From Oikopleura dioica (Eukaryota > Animalia > Chordata), in the NCBI GenBank assembly GCA_907165135.1, contig OU015567.1:14880001-14944000 (forward strand): a stretch of DNA of 64,000 nt, written 5' to 3'. Below, in pieces: positions 50,563 through 61,800 of this stretch. A program made the translations under genes and the position numbers. A model generated the notes under the pieces. That model saw only the letters and a program-made list of their open reading frames with translations. It ran no database searches and was not told the DNA's origin. Positions within the stretch are counted from its first letter, which is position 1. Each line of letters starts with the position of its first letter.

Positions 50563-51962
50563 AAATCTGAGTCAGGGCTTTGTCAGGGTTAGAGATTGGG
50601 TTAGACTCTTTTAAGACCCTGACTCAGGTTTTATTCACAGGTTGTCGAGCCTCGATAAGGGTGTGTCGTCTCTTCTTTTCTTAGAAAAAGGGAGTTACCT
50701 AAAAAGTCGACAGTTATCCCCTTAGTGTCGTTCAATTGGACACGATAATCTTAGGGGAGGCTTCATTTTCTGAAATTTGACGTGCTACACTTGTAAAATT
50801 AACCTATTTCAAGTGATCCAAAAATGACTTAGCAGATCCAACTGTAATGAAATAACGAAAAATGCCCCTATCCGACCTTAAAGCCACAAATTCATCAAAA
50901 ATTCTCACTGTGATGATCCTTCACGATGCAAAATACCGATTTTCTAAAATCTCATTTTTCGCATTCTCCGGAAATTGAAGATTTCCACGTTTATGCTAGG
51001 GAAATTCCGCGACCCTATTTTCCGCTTTTGGCTAATCAGGGTTTTAGATATTCTCAAACATCATCATTTTTAGAGCTTAAATATTTAACCCGCGGTAATT
51101 GATCGTTTTAAAACATCAGCCTTAGGGGTGAATTCTCAGAAGTTCATTTTTACGTATTTTTGTAGAAAACCTGAGTCAGGGATCCTGACTCAGGGTTAGG
51201 TTAAGGCTTCGCCATAGTGAAGAATTAGATTCAGTTCAGAATTTTGATAAAGCCGCTTCGCGGCTTCGCTGTTAAAAACCGCAAAGCGGCTTTTATTCTA
51301 GTTCTTTCAGAACCCTGGCTCAGATTTTTCGGGGTTCCGAAGCCTTAGCAAATTGGATGGGACGAGATTTGCGCGCATCTGTGATCTTGCGTTATGTAAG
51401 TCTCGAGAAGAGGGAACGGGATTGTCCTTTTCGCGCATTCTTTCAAAGAGGCGTAATTAGATTAGGGTTCTCTAATCAGACAAAATCAAAACGAAACTCG
51501 AGTAAGCGCTCGGCGGGAGCGAGCAAAAGGTCGCTTCATTTTAACTTTTAACTGGCAAAAGGGCGAGAACAAAAACAAATCTAAAAACAAAATGGAGATT
51601 TCGCGGCCTGCTCTTCCCGACTTTCTAGTGGCGAGCGAATTGGTTAACGCTAGTCGAACAGTGACGCCAAAATCGCCGAAGAGGTGACCGCCAGGAGGAA
51701 GCCATAAAGGGCGATTTTAGGGGATCATGGAGAGCTTATCGTGAAAAAAGAGCAACTTTGAAGTCATAAATTTTAACAGACTAGACCTAACTTAGGGCTC
51801 AGCTTTGCAGCCTGTGTAATAAACCTGAGTCAGGGTCCTGAAGGATATTTAATGAAAGCCGCATTGCGAAGCCGTTTCGCGGCTTTTTTCTTAAAGAAGC
51901 CGCTACGCGGCTTTCATTAAATATCCTTCAGGACCCTGACTCAGGTTTTCTACACAGGTTCC
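50563..51962. mobile_element. Family-A MITE copies (about 50563-50652, 51160-51330, 51795-51962)
   Basis: CTGAGTCAGGG / CCCTGACTCAG arms and AAGCCGC hairpins. Confidence 0.8.
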
Positions 51963-54252
51963 TTTGCTAAAATTTAGGGTTTATGAAACAAAATTTGGTT
52001 TTTCTATAAGATGAAATTTGATTCATTCTAAAGCGATAAATAATTTTTCATTTTGGAGCTTTGGCAGATGTCTGATATCATTGCGATTCCTGTCACCTTT
52101 TTCAGAGAAGGAATATTGAACATTATTGGATTTAGATAGCACGCTTTCGGATAAGACTATCATTTTCTAATTTTCTAAAATTAAGAAAATTCAAAGCAAG
52201 GATTTAACGTTGCCTCGCACCGCAAATAAAAGTAAAGCTGGCGAAATCTAATCAAATTTTCACGAAAACGCGAGAAAATTTAGAAATAGCGCCAAAGTTA
52301 AAATATAAGATCTAAGTGTTAATTACAGTTTTGAAATAGAAAAAAAAATCTGAAAAAAATTCCAACTCAGTTCACTTTAAAAAAACCGTAGCCGCATTTG
52401 AAAAAAGAGTTCTGAGTCCGTTCTACTTAAAAGAATTAATGCATGACGATTATTGAAGTAATTGAGCCTTTTGTGTTCTTTTGAAAGTCTTCAGAGGAAA
52501 TTCATCTGGCCAGTTTGGGATTATCCGGCTTCTCGATTAGAAAAAAAAAACGGAAGACGCGCCGTCGGCGCCGCAAAGTTGCAATTCGAAAACGTCATGT
52601 CCGGTTCCACCGAAAATGCTCCGCTCAACCAACTAAGAGAGCTCCTGAGCTGGACAGAGTTAAATTCTAATTCTACCTAAGTTAGAGGCTACCACACCTG
52701 TTTTAAGATTTAAAATGGGGTCTCTATTTAAGGGTATCAATATCGATTGGCTATGGCCCATAGTCTATGGGTCGAAATCGATGTTGACACCCTTAATATA
52801 ATTGGGATAAATTGGGGAGCCCGAAATTGGGGCCCCAATTTTAAGAGCCGATTTCTTAAAATCTGCCATTGATTAAGGGGACCCTCTCCTCCCAGTCCAT
52901 AATTTGGGGGCTCTATAAACAAGAACCCCTTTTTACTAGAAGTCATAAAATTAAGCCTAATAGGAAGATAGAGGTCCTAATGAGGGAGAGAAAGAGACAA
53001 AGGGCTTCCTTCAAATGGACCGGTCGGTAAACTTTCGGGCCTAACGAGCATTTAATTCGGCCCCGCTGAGTTGCTTCGCAGAAACCTTTACGAAACGGTT
53101 AGACGTGATTTCGCACACTTGTTTAGAAGAAAAGCACTCTCCGCACCTTTCTTCTAATTGTATTCTCCGCATTTTTCAAGAGAAAATTATAATAATTATT
53201 GCAAAAGAACTTGACTATCTAGAAGAGTTTCCCAATTAAAATTTGGGGAAAGCGGCACGAATCGACAGAAAAATTTTGACAAATTTTAAACCAATCAGAA
53301 GCCTTGATTCGGCGGACCGGCCAATCAGGAACTAAGTAGCCGCCCACGCAAAATTTGTCGAAATTTTTGTCGATTCGTGCCGCTTTCACTAAATTGGGAT
53401 CTCTGAATTAATTATAGCTTCAAAAATTGTGATTTTAAAATTCACGAAATTCTTATCAGAGAAAAAGATTTCGCGAGCTTCAAAAATCCGAAAAATGTTC
53501 ACCCCGTTTTGATGCAGCTCTTTTCTCCCTAATCATTTTTTCGACATTGTATTGTCCGTCTTCTTCTTCCCGCTTGGTTCTTATCGGTCTTATGTTTTTA
53601 TGTTTTGATTTGCGATTAGAAAGTGTTTTTGTGGAGCCAGTTTTGGGGAATCTTCTTCCAGTTGTGTTTGATTTCACAACCGGGCACAACGTCGACTCTG
53701 TTTTAAAACAAACACCGCTCAAATAATCGAGCCAATTTGATAATGTTATTTTACGGAATTCAATTAAAACGACATGCGTTCAATTGCGCTTCATGGCAAA
53801 ATTGCTTTCCAATAGAAAATTTACTGAATAATTATTTTGACACTGATTTGCGAAGCGTTTTTTAATGAAGAGTAAAGAAAATATTTCGAAAGAAAAAGTA
53901 ATTAAAGCAATTAAAAATGACTTCGACTTCAATTAATTAATCAGAGCTGTATTTGTTTTGAAGGCTATTAAGGGGACGACCTCAATTACACTAGAAAACA
54001 GTTTCGACAATCGAAAGTTCATCATTCAATGAAGCAATAAATCAATGCTCTCAGCGTCTCTGTTCACATCAAAATGGATAAGTTTTGAGAATGAGACCAA
54101 TAATCGGATTCGTCGTCGGTTTCCAGCGGAAACGACTTTTCGAGCTAGAGGAGAATTATGACGACCGTGGTTTTCAACTTCCTATCACTAAACTCATTAG
54201 CTCACAAAATCTGCTGACATCATTCAGCAACGTTCTTTTCTCGGAGTACTTA

Positions 54253-54562
54253 TATTGATCATCTTGCTTTTTTCGGCTTTTCAATCAATTCTTTCCTCAA
54301 AAAACTTCTGAGCTCCTGATTTGAGCTCGACAACCTGTGTAGAAAACCTTAGTCAGGATCTGAAAAGGCTTTAATAAAAAGCCGCGTAGCGGCTTTTACG
54401 TTAACAAAGCCGCGTCGCGGCATTCCAAGTATTTAGAGATATTCAAGCTCTTTTCAAATCCTGACTCAGGTTTTCTACACAGGTTTCAGAGCTCAGATCA
54501 CGAGCTCAGAAGTACTGTAATGAAAAAATGATTGAAATGCCGAAAAAGCGAGTCGATCAATA
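54253..54562. mobile_element. Family-A MITE (54321-54496) nested at the centre of an older palindrome
   Basis: Outer IR TATTGATC...CTTTTTCGGC.TTTCAATCA...CTTCTGAGCTC is mirrored on the right. Confidence 0.75.
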
Positions 54563-55238
54563 AAAGGACCTCATTTGAAATGGGTTTGGACCTGTTTCAA
54601 GTGTTTTATCTCTACTTTGTCGTCTGGTATGAAAAATGGAAAGCTTGGGCAGTTTCCGGCGTCGTAATAAATTTCTGGTTTTGAACGGCGGCATCGGATT
54701 ATGCATCATTTTCCATGCGCGTTATTCAACACAAGGATCGGAAATGTCTCCTGCGCGGACGACAAAGTGCCACTTTTTCAGGAACATGGAGATATTCGCA
54801 GAAGCATGCGCATGATAAAAGTGTTCAAGAATCGCGCACTTCTAAAGGGCACTCAGCGATATTACCTTGCCTGTTTTTCTAAAGAGCATGCGACGCGTTC
54901 CAGAAAATTTTTGAGAAAAGAGTCGAGTTATCAGTTCAAGCTCAATTTCAAAAGGCCCCTATTCGTCCTTTTTACTCACTATTTTCGCAACAGTTATTTC
55001 CGTAACGTCACCCCTCCACATAAACAATCCCAATTTTCGGCGTCGTCTTTGATACAAAACTAACGCGATATGTCCAGGACAAATACATCACGAACTAACT
55101 ATAACGTAATTACACTCAAACGTCGAAAAGATGTTGTCAAACAATCTCATTTGAAGCAATCGCTATATTTACTACAATACAGAAATCTTGATTCAAACAT
55201 AACACGAGCCGACATAACTAAAGTGCTCTTTCTGAACC

Positions 55239-55572
55239 CTGGGTTCGGCAAAAGTGAAAAAACCTGAGTCAGGGTCCTGACTGGGCTCGGCAACCTGTGT
55301 AGTAAACCTGAGATAGGTTCCAAAGAGCTGTAATGAAAAGCCGCGTAGCGGCTTTTAGAACGAAGCCGCGACGCGGCTTCGCAAATATTTAAATGACAGA
55401 TTGATATGGTTTTAGGAAGCCGCTTCGCGGCTTCGTTCTTAAAAGCCGCTACGCGGCTTTTCATTACAGCTCTTTGGATTTCAAAGTTTGGAACCTATCT
55501 CAGGTTTTCTTCACTGGTTGCCGAGCCCAGTCAGGACCCTGACTCAGGTTTTTCACTGTTAGCCGAGCCCAG
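55239..55572. mobile_element. Family-A MITE (55281-55530) nested inside another family-A copy
   Basis: Doubled TIRs: ...AACCTGAGTCAGGGTCCTGA|CTGGGCTCGGCAACC ... GGTTGCCGAGCCCAG|TCAGGACCCTGACTCAGG... Confidence 0.85.
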
Positions 55573-55834
55573 GAACCGACTAATCCTCTAAAAGAAAGAG
55601 TCCCTCCACAAGACATAAATCAGGCTAAAGAAGCAATTTGATTACACGTGCCGCTTACCGAGACCTTTTAGAATGTCTCTTTTCCATAGTCAAGAACGCG
55701 AATTCACCAGACTCCAGCTAATTTGTTTATTTTCAGCTTGATAAGGTCTTTAAACACTGAATAACAAAATTTGTTCGTCGTGTCGAGGTGGTGCATTTTT
55801 TTCGGGATCTCGAGATTTTTCAGATTTTTCTTTC

Positions 55835-58800
55835 TCAACACAGCTGGAGAGATGAGGTTCTGCGGGAGACGGTTGCGTTGTCGAGTGATGCAAGGAAGGA
55901 ATTGAAGGTTTGAGCGCCGGTTACTGCGCCTTGGGGAGCTACAGTAAGATCGACTTTTGGAAAAATGAACTTTTGACACTTGAAAAATGTAAATTTTCAA
56001 AAGGAGCCAGCTCAATTTGAAAAATCAGCCACTTGAACTCGATGTCTTGAGCTTAGATTTTCTGCTGATGAAAGTATAATTACGCCTAATTGAGCATGTT
56101 CCGCGAGCTCTGGATTTGCCTAATTCGTTAATCATTTTTAAATTTATTCTTGATTTCGAGCATAAACTCGTTTAGAGGGTGACGTGTGATTTTCCCCCGA
56201 GTCCTTGCTTAGTTGAGCGAAACTGGCATCTCTGAGCTTGGCGGCCTGTGTAGAAAACCTGACTCAGGGACCCTGAGTTAGGGTTATTGAAAGCTGAGAA
56301 GTGGTTTTGCCAAATTTGTTTTTTCAAACCATCAAGATTGTTCTTGCAAAGCCGCTTCGCGGCTTCGATTAAAAATAAGCCGCTGCGCGGCTTTTCAATA
56401 AATCTTGACTCAGGTTTTCTACAAAGGTTGCCAAGCTTTCATAGACCAGAAAGAAGGCTAGTCGATCCTTTCCTGGATTGATCCTCTCCGTCTTGACCGA
56501 AAACCCCTCTCGCGTTCCTTGCATTTCAATCGTTACTGTATGTTCTTGAGCATCGGCATCAGACACTTTTATCTGGCTGGAAATGGAATTTCATAATTTT
56601 CTCCATGGCGAGTTATGAAATGGGCTCAAGCTAATCGCGCTTTTCTCCGTCAGAAAAAAATATAGAGATCTCAAATCTGTCAGAAAGCGGCGTATTTGCT
56701 CAGCCTCTTTTTTGGGTAGACTGATTTTTTTTGTTCTCTTAGACATATTTTTACGAAGAAAAGGGAGATTTTTATACGACCGAAAATACTCGTTTTTAAC
56801 ATTTGATTTTTCCCAAACTGTGGAGAAAACCTTAGCCAGGGCCTTGAAAGAGCTTTCAAGAAAAGACGCGTTGCGGCTTTATAGAAACGAAGCCGCGAAT
56901 TCAAAATACAGTAGAAGCTCTTTCAAGACCTTGATTAGGGTAAGAAGCCACAAAAAGGCCGTCGAGTTCTCAGTTAGATGATGTTTTCAAACGCTCGAAT
57001 TTCGTCCCACTGCAAATAATAATTCGCACAAATGTAATTCTTGCGAAAATTGGTTGTTGACGGGCGAGGCTGAAAATAATCCGGAAGGAGCCACAAATCA
57101 CACCACTCATCTAAACCAAGACGCCGGGCTAAGAAAATATTTTCGAAATGCTTTCTAATGTTAACTGGCGAGGTGGCAAATCAAGCTCAATTACGGAATC
57201 GCACAAACACCGCTCGCGTTACTGAGATAAGGCTCGCCCGCTAAAGCACTCTTTTTCTAAGAGACGCGTCTTTTTGGAGGGGATTATTTGTGCCAATTCT
57301 ACAGCACGCAACTTGCGCAAGTTTATTGCTGTTAGCAACGGTAGAGCAAGTTTTGGGCGGATTATTTGTTCAAGATGGGATAATCCAGAGGTTAGACGCG
57401 ACAATTGAACATTGCCAACTGAACCAAGCGGTTGATAAAACATCTAGTAATGCAATAATAATTCCAAAGAATACATTATACAATATCTAAATGCTGTGAA
57501 AAGCACAATATGATATTGTCAATATCCCTTTTTATAGCGAATCTTTCCTTCTTTTTTTCGCTTCGTTTTCAATAGAAAAATTCATGGCGAAATGAAATTG
57601 AGCGAGACGAAATTGAGCGAAGCGGAGCTTCGCTTCAAATAAGGAGGCTTCTTTTAGAGCGAAGCTTCGCTTCTCTTATTTTCGCTCCTATTTCGAGTCA
57701 ATAATGAAGCGATAATAAGCGAAGCGAAGCTTCGCTCTAATAGAAGCCCCTTATTTGTAGCGAAGCTTCGCTTCGCTCAAATTCGTTTCGTCATGAATTT
57801 TTCTATTAAAAACAAAGCGAGAATAAACGAAGCGAAAAAAAGAAGAAAAGAGTCGCTATAAAAAAGGGAGGTTTTTCGAGCCGAAATTAACTTTTTTGTA
57901 AAGAAAAGTCTGCCGAGCAAATTGAGCTATCAAGATATGCTCTTGGATCCACGTTATCTTTGATGACAGAAACATGTTTTTAGTCTGACGGGCTAATTCT
58001 AGGTTAAGGGTCTCCTTGTGTAATGTTGAAAAGCTGCCTGATCGTCAGAAGATTGATCCAGTGTTGGTTTTGATAAATAAGGGCCTCATGGACGGTGGCT
58101 TCCGGACACTGGTGCAATCATCCGGCTTCCGCTTAAATATTTGGAACCGCCAGCTTCCTTTATCCTAGTATATGTTATGAATATGCAGTTATGAAAAGCC
58201 TCAGTTCGTTTAGCATATCACCAGCCAGGTATAACTAATACCGCAGCTGCGCGACCAGAGGACGAGTCTATCTGCTCTTCAAGAAGCATATAACTACAGT
58301 AGACCAAAAGACAGGAGATTCTTTGTTGAACTTTTTCCTGGGTCAGGCAACCTTTGTACCTGACTCAGGTAGAAAACCTGACTCATGGTCCTCGAAGATT
58401 TTTGATGAAAGCCGCGGAGCGGCTTTTCTTAAAACGGAGCCGCAAAGCGGCTTCGCCAGAATGGAAGTTTTGGTGAAGCCGCTTTGCCCTTCCAGGACCC
58501 TGACTCAGGATTTCTACGCAGCTTTTTTCTCCTGAAGATTGCGTCAAATCGAAGATGGATCGCGTGTCCCGGAAGACAGATATAATTCAATAATCAGTGG
58601 CTAAATGCCACAACATGACCCCATAAAATTCACAATCGCTTAGCATTCTTCGACCTTTCGATTTTCACTCGAAACAATGTTCGAAGCAGACGGCTGCTCT
58701 GAAGAAAATTAAATCTTAGAAAAATCAATCTACACTGTTTGGTGGCTGGCGGCGTCTTCTAAACACCATTTGATAATTAATCGAGTTCGGGCTCCGTTAC

Positions 58801-61800
58801 CACCCTCAAATGCGTCTTACATCATTCTTTTTTATTTTGTACTGTAACTTGGTTACTTTTCAAAATTACCGTTTCTCCGTAAGCAGACTCCTTCCGACGC
58901 AATTTTAACAAGAAACGCTGAAATTAAAAATTACCAATTTTGAAATTTCAAAATAAAAAAAAATCTCGCAAACATGCATTTCTTGCATAATTTCTTCTTC
59001 AAGCAAATTTCCTTTCCGGAACTTTAAATTCACCTCCCCTCAAAATTACCATTTTCCAAGACTTTGTAATACGGTAATTTGACTTTCTGGAGTAAAACTG
59101 AGTTTTCCCAAAAATTACGAAAAATATTTGAAAATCCATCTAATCAACCATGAGAGAAAAAAATCTGTTCCCACTTTCGTCATTCTTCAGCCAGTTCCTA
59201 ATTTGCCGATAGTCTTGTCGAAACCGATTCCAAACAGGGCTAATGTGGCTTTTTTCGGGTCACCAGGCTGAGCTCGGCAACCTGTGTAGAAAACCTGAGT
59301 GAGGGTCTGAAAGAACTGAAATGAAAAGCCGCGCAGCGGCTTTTCAAAAACGAAGCCGCGAAGCGGCTTCGCCAGAATTTTGGTAGATTTTAATGGTGAT
59401 ATTAGCGAAGCCGCTTCGCGGCTTCGTTTTTGAAAAGCCGCTGCGCGGCTTTTCATTTCAGTTCTTTCAGACCCTCACTCAGGTTTTCTACACAGGTTGC
59501 CGAGCTCAGTCACCAGGGGTTCGAGGAATTATTAACCCGTTCGTGCGTTTTCGGTCATTTCTTTGTATAAATTCAAATTTGTCAGAAAAGAAGAAGAAAC
59601 TCAATAAAATCATTGAATCAGTCGAATAAATCTTTCCTACTAGGTTAGCTAGTATTAAAATAACTCATTAGTAGGGCCGCACTTGAGTCGTTATTCTATT
59701 ATGTCGGAATTATTTTTCTTTTGGGCAAGCGGGGCTGCTCGGAGCCGGACATCCTTCTAAACCCAACTAGGTCGACCCAGCGCAGCGAGAAATTAAACAT
59801 TCTAACTGGATTGATAACTTGGCTGGTGACCCTTAACCATAGTGTTGACGTTGTTGGGTGCCAGTGGACACAGCTCGCGGACGGGGCCTGTTAGAGGGTT
59901 AAATAGGATTCGGGTATCTAAAGGATAAGAATATGAAGTAAGAATAACATCTAACTGCTCCCTCTTTCCTTCGTACAAAACGCAGCTGCCTTCTGCGCCG
60001 GGATCCGAAAAAGAAAGAAGAAGAAGATGAAGAATGACCTTTTTATGTCAAGGTCTGTCGATTAAAACAGAATCTCGGCCTCGAAAAAGCTCGATTATTC
60101 AGGAAAGCTGTGCATTTTCACGGGATTTGGGCGAATCCGGTGACCCGCCGAACCACCGGCCAGATGATGCGACACTTCATTTTCCATTGAAATATTTATC
60201 GAAAGCAAGACCACATCACATGTTTTCCCGCGCCCGTTTTTTATAAGCAAAACACGATGTTCAATTTTTCATTTACCGTTATTGGTCATAAAAAGCTCAA
60301 ATCATATTCAATAACAGACCCCGATTGTCATTTTTGACCGACTAAATTTCCTTATGAGTCATCAAAATCCGAGAAGCCGCTAGCGCCTTCGAGCATAAAC
60401 AGAAAAAAGCCGCCCAAAGCGCGGCTTAAATACTGTTTCTCGAAGCCGCAAGCGGCTTCTCGGATTTTGATCACTCATAAGGAAATTTAGTCGGTCAAAA
60501 ATGACAATCGCGGCCTCTTTTCTGCGATAACTATTTAAAGTGTTTCACCGTTTCGTTTACGCTTGCGTGAATTCTAACACAGGTGTTCGTCCTTCTTCGG
60601 ATCCCGGAATGATCTTTAGGCATCTTGCTCGCCAAGTCGGAATGCAGCTTTAGATGGCTCGGGTGCTTGCTCATTGTTATGTGCATCTGAGCAATGCTGT
60701 CGCGCATTCTGAAGATGTCTTCCGAGCCCCAGAGAGCTCCGCGCGCTACAAACGCGCTCCGCCGATGCTGAATGGATCCGATCGTTATTTTTAGAACAGA
60801 TTTTTTGGTTCAAAATGCCGTTTTATGTTTGACATGCGAGAAAACATTTTACGGGGCATTCGGTTATTACCATTTGCTTACGTAATAAAAAATAAGCAAC
60901 TACAGTTTTTATCAGAGTTGCAAATTTGCTGAGCTGAGTGAGCCGCGCTAACTGAATGAGCTGAGCAGTCGCTCCGCTCAGCTCACCTAAGTGATTTTAA
61001 CACAATTTTTCTACTAAAAACACAGTAACGCTCAGCTCAACAAGCTCAGCTCAGCTCAAATATGGGTTCGCTCAGCTAAGCTCAAATTAGGGTCCGCTCA
61101 GCTCAGCTCAAATTAGGGTCCGCTCAGCTCAGCTCAAATTAGGGTCCGCTCAGCTCAGCTCAAATTAGGGTCCGCTCAGCTCAGCTCAAATTAGGGTCCG
61201 CTCAGCTCAGCTCAAATTAGGGTCCGCTCAGCTCAGCTCAAATTAGGGTCCGCTCAGCTCAGCTCAAATAAGGGTCCGCTCAGCTCAGCTGAAATACGGG
61301 TCCGGTCAGCTCAGCTCAAATTACGGTCCGCTCAGCTCAGCTCAAATTAGGGTCCGCTCAGCTCAGCTCCGCTCAATGACCTCCGAAATAGGCCACCTTA
61401 GCTCAGCTCAGCTCAGAAAATTTTTTACTCAGCTCAGCCTAGCTCAGCTCAGCAAAAATAAAGCAAAACTTGCAACTCTGGTTTTTATCGAAAGATCGAC
61501 ATTTAGAAAAAGCACTTGATTTGTCGCGCTCGGGGGTTTGAGAGGATGAACTCACCATAAAAGCTGATTGTTTCTCACCTTTTGGCAGAGGGTTCTAACG
61601 TTGTCTTCGACTTCCTGCACTGACAAGCCAGAAGGTGATCCGATTAACACATCCGCCTAAAACAATGCTTTTTCGAAAAGGTTACGCCTAATTAGACACA
61701 TTTTATTTTCTGACATTTTTTCGGCAAGCAGATGCGCCCCTCTCTCTAAAATCAGGAATAAGCGCTTTTTCGCTCCTTTTTTCAGCTGCTTGTTTTGCAT

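Noticed and set aside
51591-52680. Possible two-exon gene, with an Arg/Lys-rich protamine-like alternative frame at about 52540-52620
   Set aside because: The splice choice is ambiguous, the basic frame depends on an A10 homopolymer, and there is no independent support.
53480-53722. EEEDGQYNVEKMIREKR resembles a chromodomain start
   Set aside because: No downstream exon supplying YLVKW/TWEP could be found, so support is insufficient for a call.
55835-56015. PQGAVTGAQTFNSFL looked like the non-LTR reverse transcriptase motif PQGSVLGPxLF
   Set aside because: No YxDD follows, and the segment is better explained as the last ASPDH exon (PAPQGAVTG...LQLC*), in phase with the upstream exons.
59187-59629. 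ORF pairs with mirrored peptides (also 16135-16429, 37285-38465, 55147-55591)
   Set aside because: They are translations of palindromic MITE arms, not genes.
61044-61355. Regular repeat array considered as CRISPR-like
   Set aside because: Units are contiguous with no unique spacers, there are no cas genes, and the context is a eukaryotic intron; it is a minisatellite.
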